Virus record (IMG/VR): IMGVR_UViG_3300025087_000086
Location: 1 to 54,400 of that record
Strand: one strand, 5' to 3'
DNA from: a virus
Taxonomy: Duplodnaviria; Caudoviricetes
Length of the DNA stretch: 54,400 bases
This document shows positions 46,449 through 54,400 of this stretch, one piece after another. Position 1 is the stretch's first letter; each line of letters starts with the position of its first letter. The notes below the pieces were generated by a model that was given only the letters and a program-made list of their open reading frames with translations, searched no databases and was not told the origin of the DNA. The position numbers and the translations under genes were made by a program.

Positions 46449-48355
46449 ACCAAGAACTCCTTTAGTACGTTGAACAGCACCATATCCAAGTCTTCTGGGT
46501 CATTCACTACACAGTGGTGCTTGTAATATCGCTTCACAACGTCCGTGGTAACTCCGATACCGACTAGATCAATGGGAGTCTTTGTTTCGATATCGCTACA
46601 GACTTTCTTTAAATACCTGTCAGCATTACCACCATTCGCTCCACAGGGAGAACCATCAGAAAGGACAATAAGTAGTTTCCGATCCTCTTTGCGGTTCAGT
46701 AGCCGCTCTGCTGCATAGAGTATGGAATCTCCATCGCAGTTATAGTGCATATTAACCTGTTGAGATGACATGATATCTGCCATGGTCTCCTTTGATACTC
46801 GTTTTCCATAGGGTTTAAAAACGTAGGTGATAAGCCTACCCCTGCTAGAGAACCCAAGTATCTCGTGCTCAATTTGAAGAGCAGTGAGGGCTTCATTTAA
46901 CGCTACTACACAAGCAGATCCAATAGCGTACTTAGAGCCACTCATGGAACCAGAGCAATCCAGCAAGAGCTCTACTGCTGAGTTCTTATTGAGTCTTGAT
47001 CCATCTTTCTTCTTGAATATCCTCGGAGTTGCCCCTGGAATCTTGTTACCCGAATAGACCCTATGAACATTCTTTGAATGAATCTTCCCCTGAGTCTGCC
47101 CGTAGCTGTACGTTGAAACTGACATGGTTTGGAGATACTTAGCCACTTGTTTGGATACTGTGGAGTGACCAATAGCAGAGACAATAGCTTCCTTCTGGCC
47201 CTCATCAACTCTCTTCTCAGAGATATCAATTACATCATGCTTCGGATAAGGGATATACGGTCTGTCCCCCCCATGCTTCTCTACCTGAGTCTCTTCCATA
47301 GGAGCTGTCATTTTAGCAGCTATGGCTTTCTTGATCTTCTCCAACTGAGAAGCGGTAATCTGTTTGTCTTTCATTTCCCACTTAGCATCAATCAGTTTCT
47401 CGTTACCTTCGGCATTAGTGGGTTGTCCCCCATGCTCACCTTGGTTATGGTCAAAAGCAGAGTCTGGGGTACTGTCACACTTCTCGGAACCAGAGCCGTC
47501 TTTGTTTTGCTGCCCCTGACCTTCTCCTTGGCCCTCCTGAGGCTCTCCTTGGCCCTTTCCTTGCTTCCCTTCGCCTTCCTTGGGCTCTCCCTTGCCTTTA
47601 CCCTGATTCTCTCCTTGGCCCTTTTCCTGGCCCTGTGGAGGAGGGGGTTCATAACCAATGAGTTTAAGTAAATCAAGCACAATGCCAGCCTGTATCTCCG
47701 ACTCTTGGCCTGGGCTCTCTAGAACTGAGTCCATCCTTGTCTCCAGAGACAGCTTATCAAACGCTTCGTAGAAGTCCTTATGGATACCACGGTACTGGGT
47801 CATATCCAGAGCTTCCATTGGGTGTCCCATCCATTTTTGTCTACACTCAGCGGTATAGGCGAAGAGTGACAGGAACAGCTCATCAATGGGATCAGTAGAC
47901 GCAGTGAGCAAGGGATCAACATAAACACCCTTGCTCTTCTTCGTAAGGTCTAACTCAGCTTTTCCAGTGTGCATCAAGAACCTGCCGATACTGAATAACT
48001 GGTCTATTCTGTCGAACTTACCGAACATTGCTTTCTCACAGTACACATCCATGAGTAGGTTATTAATAAGACACACTAGCTTATCCTCGAAATTGAGATG
48101 CTTAATTAACTCAAAATAAGACCAGTGCATTTTCTCCATAACATGGGAGAGCTCATGAAAACTGAGAAACCAAAAGAACTCTTCATCGTAGCCAGAGGGA
48201 GGCGGCAAAGTAATCTCACAGTGCCTTCTCTTACTCATCGTCGCTTTTGGTTGGTTACAGTATGGCTCCCATCTTACGGAGATATTCCCACTAGTTGCCA
48301 GAGAAACCAAGAATTTCTTCTGGGCTTCACTGGTTAGTCCTATAGGAATTGCCAT
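46445..48355 (-). CDS. CobT-like vWA protein with N-terminal HExxH
   Basis: FHELSH; Gly/Gln/Glu linker; MIDAS LLDCSGSM...IVLSDGSP...GIG. Confidence 0.85.
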   Translation of the reverse strand: MAIPIGLTSEAQKKFLVSLATSGNISVRWEPYCNQPKATMSKRRHCEITLPPPSGYDEEFFWFLSFHELSHVMEKMHWSYFELIKHLNFEDKLVCLINNLLMDVYCEKAMFGKFDRIDQLFSIGRFLMHTGKAELDLTKKSKGVYVDPLLTASTDPIDELFLSLFAYTAECRQKWMGHPMEALDMTQYRGIHKDFYEAFDKLSLETRMDSVLESPGQESEIQAGIVLDLLKLIGYEPPPPQGQEKGQGENQGKGKGEPKEGEGKQGKGQGEPQEGQGEGQGQQNKDGSGSEKCDSTPDSAFDHNQGEHGGQPTNAEGNEKLIDAKWEMKDKQITASQLEKIKKAIAAKMTAPMEETQVEKHGGDRPYIPYPKHDVIDISEKRVDEGQKEAIVSAIGHSTVSKQVAKYLQTMSVSTYSYGQTQGKIHSKNVHRVYSGNKIPGATPRIFKKKDGSRLNKNSAVELLLDCSGSMSGSKYAIGSACVVALNEALTALQIEHEILGFSSRGRLITYVFKPYGKRVSKETMADIMSSQQVNMHYNCDGDSILYAAERLLNRKEDRKLLIVLSDGSPCGANGGNADRYLKKVCSDIETKTPIDLVGIGVTTDVVKRYYKHHCVVNDPEDLDMVLFNVLKEFLV

Positions 48356-48366
48356 GATTACCTCCG

Positions 48367-48606
48367 CTATCTAGGGGTTAACGTGTAGAACCCATCGAAT
48401 ACCATCTTGATACCTGGGAACAAGGATAAGTCCTCAGCAACTAGATCACGAATCTGTTCACAGAATAACACTGGAACAAACCCAAATCTGTCTCTGGAGA
48501 CAAATATCCAATACCCAAGACGCTTGGACACTACACAACGCTCTGTTACCTCAGTTAGTATAGTGGCTGACAAGCCACAGTATCTAGTCACAAGATGTTC
48601 ATACAT
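48367..48606 (-). CDS. Hypothetical protein
   Basis: 79 aa, AGGAGG RBS. Confidence 0.55.
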   Translation of the reverse strand: MYEHLVTRYCGLSATILTEVTERCVVSKRLGYWIFVSRDRFGFVPVLFCEQIRDLVAEDLSLFPGIKMVFDGFYTLTPR

Positions 48607-49135
48607 AGTACCTCCTGCTTTCTTAGGAATCTTGGGCCACTTTGACCACTACAATGAGTACCAGATACTTTGGTAAGAACCAGTTTTCACTGATACTCAT
48701 TAAAGTTTTCAAAGTAAACTAAATACCTCTGCTACAAGACGGCTATCTCTAGTACCTGAAAGACTGGAAAAGTTACTTGTCTTGAGCTTCATGGGAACGA
48801 AGAGATACCTAAGAAATCTAGGTAGAGCACTTGTTTAACCGAACACTACTCGCGTTCACTTGTTGCAGCTTTGTCTCTAGAGATAACTCGTTGTCTCGTT
48901 ATAGAGACACCTTAGTTTTCCTTGTAACTCTTGCACAGTGCCAGTTCACTACGCCGTTACCGTAGTAACTACGCTGTTACGACTAAGTAACGAACCCTTT
49001 ACTCTCAAGCCTGTCGTTGATCTAATCAACTCCTCCAGTAAAGGGGAAATCTAGTATACTACTGAATAATAAATAGACTTTAAAGTAGTCCAACTACGGT
49101 GGCTTAGGTTCTAGTTTCATAGAATACTCCGAGTT

Positions 49136-49381
49136 TCAAGTTAATTGTACACTACAATACACAGCTTTGTACTTTCGTACAATTTGATAAAGCTCCTCTC
49201 TCAGCCGATCAGTTCTAGCGGCATTAATCAGTGAACAGCTTTTTGTATATTCATATTTTCGTATGAGCCGAAAGCAATATAAACAAGCCATAGGCATTTG
49301 CTTAGCTGATGCAGTGCAGAGAACCTTGTTAATTCTATTGACAATTACATGGTATGGAAGATTCATAGAATACCTCAGCAA
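49136..49381 (-). CDS. Hypothetical protein
   Basis: 81-aa AT-rich ORF. Confidence 0.4.
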   Translation of the reverse strand: MLRYSMNLPYHVIVNRINKVLCTASAKQMPMACLYCFRLIRKYEYTKSCSLINAARTDRLREELYQIVRKYKAVYCSVQLT

Positions 49382-49794
49382 CTCTTGAGTTTCTTTCGTC
49401 CCTTACGCTTCTTTGCTGGTTTCGGTTTCCACTCAGGAATCAGTGGTTTACTCTTGGGTTTCAGTGGCTTTTTCGGTTTCCCCTTCCCAGGAAGTCCCTT
49501 ACCGCCAGCCCTCGGAGTCCTTGGCACCCTTGCCTTCGGTCCAGGGCCTTGTCCAGCTCCTCGTTGCTCTTGAAATTCCTTAGGCACTTGGTTTTCGGTT
49601 CCGTTGTTCGTTTCCACATGCTCGCTTGATTCATGTCTGCCTGTGATCCCTTTGCCATAATTGCCTCCAGCTACTTGGATTTTAGCTGTTCTCTGCTTTC
49701 TCGCTGAACAGCCAGTCTTTGAATCCCACTCAACTAGATATTGAGTAGATTCCCTGTGTATCTCACTGAGATTCCGTTTATGTACTCGCTTCAT
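49375..49794 (-). CDS. Basic hypothetical protein (overlapping alternative ORF 49461-49658 also has an RBS)
   Basis: GAGGG RBS; Lys/Pro-rich C-terminus. Confidence 0.4.
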   Translation of the reverse strand: MKRVHKRNLSEIHRESTQYLVEWDSKTGCSARKQRTAKIQVAGGNYGKGITGRHESSEHVETNNGTENQVPKEFQEQRGAGQGPGPKARVPRTPRAGGKGLPGKGKPKKPLKPKSKPLIPEWKPKPAKKRKGRKKLKSC

Positions 49795-49809
49795 AAGCGC
49801 CCTCGTTTC

Positions 49810-49992
49810 TTAGTGGCTCTCTAGCTCCTTCACAATACGCTGGAACAGGGTTTCAGCTTGCCTTATCGAGCGAATATCATACCGCTCTTTGGTAAGCTGC
49901 CCATACTTCCAGCCAAGCACCTTGTAAGTATTAAATCTTGTCTCCAGAGACAGCTCGACTCGGACCTTAGTGCTCTTATGGGTCTTGTGCAT
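49810..49992 (-). CDS. Hypothetical early protein
   Basis: 60 aa, RBS present. Confidence 0.55.
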   Translation of the reverse strand: MHKTHKSTKVRVELSLETRFNTYKVLGWKYGQLTKERYDIRSIRQAETLFQRIVKELESH

Positions 49993-50191
49993 CTGGTTTA
50001 CCCTCTCTTAGCATGTCATTAATGGTGAACCAGAATTTCTCCATTTCATCGTAAGACACATTGAACTCTTTATTAAAATTGTCCTCAAATGTCTCCTTAG
50101 TCACACAGCCAGCAGTCTCATGCAGTACCTTTAGTTCTCTGTCAGTTAATAGCCACAAAGTCTTTCCTGAACCCTCATTTACCCTTTCCAT
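49976..50191 (-). CDS. Hypothetical early protein
   Basis: GGAGG RBS before ATG 50191. Confidence 0.55.
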   Translation of the reverse strand: MERVNEGSGKTLWLLTDRELKVLHETAGCVTKETFEDNFNKEFNVSYDEMEKFWFTINDMLREGKPDAQDP

Positions 50192-50336
50192 AGTCGCCTC
50201 CGTAAACCAGAGAACCCAGGCCAGCAAATGGCATATGAAATCCGTGGCTTATGTACACCTTAGCTCTTTTGCCATAGGTTCTCTTGATCCTCCGAATTGT
50301 CTCTGGAGAGACTTTACCTATTACTTTAGCTTTCAT
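50175..50336 (-). CDS. 53-aa basic early protein (not in ORF track)
   Basis: AGGAG RBS; MKAKVIGKVSPETIRRIKRTYGKR... Confidence 0.5.
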   Translation of the reverse strand: MKAKVIGKVSPETIRRIKRTYGKRAKVYISHGFHMPFAGLGSLVYGGDYGKGK

Positions 50337-50489
50337 GGCTATCTCCTGATACTTGGGTTAGTAACGAGTATCACTTAGCTACACTAGTGAGTGCCTGAAT
50401 CCCCCTAGACATTCACTGGCATTTACAACCTTCAGTTTAGCTGGGATTTTTGTCTCTATTTCGAGACATCGAAATGTCTCTAGAGACGA

Positions 50490-51167
50490 TTAAAACGGCA
50501 CTTCCTCGGATACCGTAGGCACTCCAACCTCTACGTTGGTCTTATGCTCGCCCACTGCCATGTAAGTAGCCATGAGAGAAGTAACCAGCGCCTCAAGTTC
50601 AACTACGTTGCTAATGCTGGCGTAGTTGTCCTCTATAATCTTCAGACCACGCTTGACAGCTTGCTCAGGAGTCTCTTGGTTTTTCAGCATAGCGTCCAAC
50701 TCGGACTTGCTCCTGATTTTGCCATTGGGGAACACTTCGTCCACTCCAGCAACAAAGATTGCTCCGAATATTGTGGACAGGTACTTCCACTGATTTGCAG
50801 TGTACGGCAGGGAGCGGAACTTGATGCCATTCTTATCCCGAGTCTTCCAAGGTTTTCCATCCTTATCCACTACTTCCGGGATTTCAGCGTCCAGCGCCTG
50901 TTGCAAGTAGGAGTTCACAGGCGTCTTCGCCATCTCTATCCAGTCCTTCTTGTCCAGAGTTCCATCGTTTTCAAGGGCGACTAGCTCCTGTTCCCACAGC
51001 ATCCTTCCTGTAGCGTTCCATGCCTGTTCAGTCGCCTCTGTACTCCTAAGAAGGGCTTTGGACTGTTTTACGCATACAGTAAGCCAGTCGATTCCATTGA
51101 AGCCAGTCTTTTTCGGTGCTACGGTTCCAGTTGAAGCCGGGATTATTGTTCCAGTTGTTTCAGCCAT
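50490..51167 (-). CDS. Hypothetical early protein
   Basis: GGAGG RBS before MAETTG; 225 aa ending EEVPF. Confidence 0.7.
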   Translation of the reverse strand: MAETTGTIIPASTGTVAPKKTGFNGIDWLTVCVKQSKALLRSTEATEQAWNATGRMLWEQELVALENDGTLDKKDWIEMAKTPVNSYLQQALDAEIPEVVDKDGKPWKTRDKNGIKFRSLPYTANQWKYLSTIFGAIFVAGVDEVFPNGKIRSKSELDAMLKNQETPEQAVKRGLKIIEDNYASISNVVELEALVTSLMATYMAVGEHKTNVEVGVPTVSEEVPF

Positions 51168-51228
51168 GATATCCTCCGTTTTCTCTTGTGTTCTATTTGT
51201 CCCCAGAGACAACCTCTAGAGCCACAGT

Positions 51229-51534
51229 TTACTTCGTAACCTCGGGAGTCCAGTTAGCCACGTTATTGTGGATGCGCTTGAAGTTCAGTTTACGGACGAA
51301 CTTTACTATGTTTCCATCTGCATCTTCCTTGGTATCCCAATACACGGATACATCATGTTTAGCCGCTATGAACTTGCGAGTCTTCGCAGTACGCTCCACA
51401 GTGCCCATACGGATAGGGTGAGATGTGCACTTGTCTTTCCTACGTTTCCCAGGATTCGGCATAACGCCAGTGTCAAATGACCCGTGATTCCCTACACCTT
51501 TGGGAACGTCATAGTATGCGTAGTGCTTCTTCAT
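51229..51534 (-). CDS. Hypothetical basic early protein
   Basis: GGAGG RBS before MKKHYAY. Confidence 0.6.
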   Translation of the reverse strand: MKKHYAYYDVPKGVGNHGSFDTGVMPNPGKRRKDKCTSHPIRMGTVERTAKTRKFIAAKHDVSVYWDTKEDADGNIVKFVRKLNFKRIHNNVANWTPEVTK

Positions 51535-51544
51535 AGTGCCTCCA

Positions 51545-51667
51545 TTATCTGTGGATATAACGATAAAGTCTATCGCTGATAATCCTGTCCATTCGCTGCA
51601 AGTCATATGCATAGTACCACATACCTGGGGTCACATAGGCCCACAATTTGAAGTCATTAATGCTCAT
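51545..51667 (-). CDS. 40-aa first early ORF (not in ORF track)
   Basis: GGAGG RBS; MSINDFKLWAYVTPGMWYYAYDLQRMDRIISDRLYRYIHR. Confidence 0.5.
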   Translation of the reverse strand: MSINDFKLWAYVTPGMWYYAYDLQRMDRIISDRLYRYIHR

Positions 51668-51702
51668 GGTTTCCTCCATTATCGCTGGTTTTCACTGGTA
51701 TT

Positions 51703-51763
51703 CAAAGACTCCATAGTGCCAGTACTAGGGCACACTCACTAGTACTAGCACTAGCAATCTTTG
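51703..51763 (-). promoter_or_regulatory. Long hairpin, RNase III-type processing site candidate
   Basis: 15-bp stem with a G-U pair on the - strand plus outer CAAAGA/TCTTTG. Confidence 0.5.
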
Positions 51764-51799
51764 CAACCTGTCACAGTGCACTTTGCCTATTCGCTTACT

Positions 51800-52080
51800 A
51801 CTTGATCCGTGGACTTTCACAGATTGCCACACAAGGGCATTCAGCGTCTAGGTCAGTCGGTGAAGGTGTCACCACTCAGTTCAACCGAGGGCTGCGAAGT
51901 CTCAAGTGGAGCGCACTTGATTCCCTGTTCGTCTGCCTTGTCGTATCCGTTTGACTCCCTTCGCTTGAGCCGTTCTCCCAGGCTTTCACTGGGCAACTCG
52001 TCATTCGGACACCCTGTTTCCAGCCAGAAATCGGGAATCGTTGGCAGCCAAAGTGTCTCTGGAGACAACTCCTTTGGAGT
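51800..52080 (-). ncRNA. Highly structured early-leader RNA
   Basis: At least nine nested or adjacent helices whose non-Watson-Crick positions resolve as G-U on the - strand. Confidence 0.55.
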
Positions 52081-52116
52081 TCAAGCGTATACGTAGGCAA
52101 GCATAATGCTACACAT

Positions 52117-52318
52117 GTGTTGCACACACCAAATGAGCGTTGCACCATGTGTTGCATGGTACTACATATAGCGTGTGTCTTATCTTATGAATGCCACACA
52201 AGTGTTGCATAAGCGTACGCAATCATAAGACTAATACGCATAAGCGTTGCATAAGCGAACAGAGTGTTGCAGCTTGGGTGTCTTCCCCTGTAATTCCGAG
52301 CACTTAGCATGTGTTGCA
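52117..52318 (+). repeat. Seven GYGTTGCA direct repeats
   Basis: Copies at 52117, 52137, 52149, 52202, 52244, 52264 and 52311. Confidence 0.8.
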
Positions 52319-52658
52319 CCCGGTGGGGTCTTGCGCGTAACGGGGAGGGGCATGCGTCGCGGGGAAAGTAGACCCCCCGAGTCACCGGGGAGATGGTCAC
52401 ACTCTCCCCCAGATTCCTAAAAATATTCTATACTTACCCTTACCCAAGACTCTCCGATGAATTAGTAAAATATCGTATCACTTTAGCAAAACGACTTACA
52501 TAGAATACATAAGTATATACTATAGAACTGGTTACTAGATAAAGATACCTATAGGGATTCTTATATTAAGAGTATAAAAAGCCTACCTAGGGAAACTATA
52601 TAAATAAGAGTACTAAAGGAAACTAGGTAAACTAAGTAAAAAAGAGACAAAGAGTACA

Positions 52659-53801
52659 ATGAAATCCAAAGAAGATACAACTGAAAATCTAGTAAACATC
52701 TCTGAGAAACTGGGTAATACATTATGCTCCCCTAATGTCATCCAGGGTGAGCTAGAGAACTCCCTAGATGAACCAGTAAACACCTTTGAGTCTAAGGAAC
52801 AAAAAGAAATAGATGGGCTTAGTAAACCTCTGTCTCTCAAGAATAGAAATAAAACAAAGAAGCCTAAGAAAACTAAGCAAGGCCATTTGGTTACTAGGAA
52901 GAGAACAATAGACGAATCTAAGCTCACCCCAGAGAAACAATGGGAAATAGCTAAAGAATACACAGATGGTATTCTTAATGTTTCTCAGTTAGCAGAGAAA
53001 TATAATACATCCCCAGAAAACATTGGACTCATTGCTTCTCGATGTTGGAAGAATTTTACTAACATGAGAGAGACCAGAGCCCTAATGTCATTTGGCTCAG
53101 CCAGTTCTCAGTACTCCCTTAAAGTATTACATAACACTAACCTCATCAACCAACAGTTTTTAGATTTACTTTCAGTTTCTGGGACTGAGATCACTCTAAC
53201 CGATGCGGAGTCCATCTACGCTTGGATATATGTCCATACCGGAGAGAACCAGATGGCGTTGGAACAAGCTGGTTTGAACGCTGGTTTACTGCATTCTAAG
53301 AGTGATCCAAATAAAGCCCAGCCCAACTACGAGAAAGCCTGTTCATTGCGTGGGATGTACCTTAGGTCGCTTCCCAATGTCGCGTCTTATATCAAAGAAC
53401 TCAGAGAAAGACGGTTCATTGACCAGGATATCAGTAAAGCCAGGGTACAGTCTGAGCTCTTAGATCAGCTCAGTCAGCTAAAGGAAAGTGGAGACCCGAG
53501 GAATAAAACCCATATTCTGAAAACCATAGAGTTGTTAGGTAAGACAATCGGAGCGTTTATTGAACGAGTCGAAGTAACTGAGATTGATCCAAACAAAGCA
53601 TTGGACAACCTCATCGACATGGCGAAGACTGGAGCGGTGAGGGAGCTGCATAGGAACCAAGCTAAGTTGCCAGAGAAGACCAAGGAATCTGCTGATAGGT
53701 TTGTTTCTCACTGTGGAGATAAAAAGAAATCAGTCACTACTTATGTGTCTCCAGAGACAAATGAAGAATACCGAATAGAAGAGTGGGAAATTCAGGAGTA
53801 A
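52659..53801 (+). CDS. terS: Probable terminase small subunit with HTH
   Basis: HTH LNVSQLAEKYNTSPENI; PNVASYIKELR...KTIELLGKTIGAFIERVEV; directly upstream of terL. Confidence 0.75.
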   Translation: MKSKEDTTENLVNISEKLGNTLCSPNVIQGELENSLDEPVNTFESKEQKEIDGLSKPLSLKNRNKTKKPKKTKQGHLVTRKRTIDESKLTPEKQWEIAKEYTDGILNVSQLAEKYNTSPENIGLIASRCWKNFTNMRETRALMSFGSASSQYSLKVLHNTNLINQQFLDLLSVSGTEITLTDAESIYAWIYVHTGENQMALEQAGLNAGLLHSKSDPNKAQPNYEKACSLRGMYLRSLPNVASYIKELRERRFIDQDISKARVQSELLDQLSQLKESGDPRNKTHILKTIELLGKTIGAFIERVEVTEIDPNKALDNLIDMAKTGAVRELHRNQAKLPEKTKESADRFVSHCGDKKKSVTTYVSPETNEEYRIEEWEIQE

Positions 53802-53808
53802 TACCCAG

Positions 53809-54400
53809 ATGACAACTAAGTATTACTCCGTACCAGTTGGGCTTAGTAACCTAAGTCCCTCTCAGAAATACAATGAATTGATAAAGCTATGGCGAGACGA
53901 TCCTCTCGTAGCTATCCACTCTCTCTTCGGGGTTATACCAGATGAGCAACAGTCAGCACTGATATTGGCCGCAAACGCCCCAGGGGCCAGGATTTGCGTC
54001 AAGTCGTGCCAGGGCGCGGGGAAAGCTCTAGTTAACGGGGAGCCAGTGCTCACCCCAGAAGGCTGGAAACCAATAGAAGAACTTAAGATAGGTGACAAAG
54101 TAAGCAATAGTTATGGCAGCGTTTCTAGTATTACTGGTGTCTTCCCGCAAGGGAAGAAGGACTGTTATAGAGTTTACTTCTCAGATGGTCGATACTCAGA
54201 TTGCTCTATAGATCATATCTGGTCAGTTTATGACAGGAGAGGAAAGAGAGTACGGGAGCTTTCTTTAGAGCAGATTCTAGACAAAGGGGTTCGTGAACTC
54301 TCTGCTCCTACTGAGAGAAACAGAAAAGGCTATACTCTGCGCTTCAAGCTCCCAACAGTAAAACCAGTTTCCTTTACTTCACAATCTGTTAGCCTCGACC
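53809..54400 (+). CDS. terL: Terminase large subunit, N-terminal part, intein-interrupted (runs off window)
   Basis: WRDDP...PDEQQ...RICVKSCQGAGK Walker A; frame open to the window end. Confidence 0.85.
   Translation, partial: MTTKYYSVPVGLSNLSPSQKYNELIKLWRDDPLVAIHSLFGVIPDEQQSALILAANAPGARICVKSCQGAGKALVNGEPVLTPEGWKPIEELKIGDKVSNSYGSVSSITGVFPQGKKDCYRVYFSDGRYSDCSIDHIWSVYDRRGKRVRELSLEQILDKGVRELSAPTERNRKGYTLRFKLPTVKPVSFTSQSVSLD
54025..54400 (+). mobile_element. Intein (Ala1) in the TerL P-loop, partial
   Basis: GK|ALVNGEPVLTPEGWKPIEELKIGDKV...ITGVFPQG...YRVYFSDG...CSIDHIW. Confidence 0.88.

Larger units (their letters stand above)
8299..53759. repeat. Dispersed 14-bp palindrome TGTCTCYRGAGACA
   Basis: Exact at 8299, 12066, 15256, 17527, 20714, 25523, 26515, 31618, 40352, 42783, 43696, 45819, 47738, 48489, 49939, 52054, 53746. 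One mismatch at 28719, 29113, 34488, 36305, 37079, 48872, 50298, 50475, 51198. Confidence 0.95.

Noticed and set aside
50298-50380. Glycine riboswitch (CTCTGGAGAGAC start)
   Set aside because: The downstream CCGAAG and CTCTCAGG elements are missing; it is a motif variant antisense to an ORF.
51880-51935. Cobalamin riboswitch (ACAGGGAATC...GTGCG resemblance)
   Set aside because: No B12 box or matching downstream elements seen; kept only as an unassigned structured RNA.
51853-52400. Track ORFs in the divergence region
   Set aside because: No RBS or protein-like features; better explained by RNA structure and repeats.
8299-53759. CRISPR array or insertion-sequence ends as the source of the 14-bp repeats
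   Set aside because: Copies are kilobases apart, in frame inside intact genes, with no spacers, target duplications or transposase.
1-54400. Genome-wide stop-codon reassignment
   Set aside because: Long conserved genes are intact in code 11, several genes end at TAG with tight packing, and there is no suppressor tRNA.
1-54400. Integrase/lysogeny module, phage RNA polymerase or diversity-generating retroelement
   Set aside because: No integrase, repressor pair, RNAP or reverse-transcriptase motifs recognised; the part of the genome outside the window cannot be judged.

Overview
Most of a lytic-looking podovirus-type dsDNA phage genome; portal, scaffold and capsid genes lie outside the window. 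The + strand (1-23.4 kb and 52.6-54.4 kb) carries late genes: tail adaptor/nozzle, fibre, ejection proteins including a 2537-aa polyvalent protein, a run of signal-peptide proteins, lysis genes, TerS and an intein-containing TerL. The - strand (23.4-52.1 kb) carries early/middle genes: T7-like PolA, primase-helicase, SSB, exonuclease and endonuclease I, a sigma-like factor, class II RNR flanked by two ferredoxins, RNA ligase, a CobS/CobT-like pair, an Acb2/Tad1-like protein and four tRNAs. No RNA polymerase or integrase was seen. The most striking unexplained signals are: (i) a 14-bp palindrome TGTCTCYRGAGACA found 17 times exactly plus 9 one-mismatch copies, mostly inside genes and in different frames, with two 38-bp four-half-site composite versions; (ii) a cassette of virion-like proteins that all carry signal peptides; (iii) several unannotated structured RNAs in the tRNA cluster, beside ssb and in the early leader. 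All calls come from manual reading and motif recognition; no searches were run.
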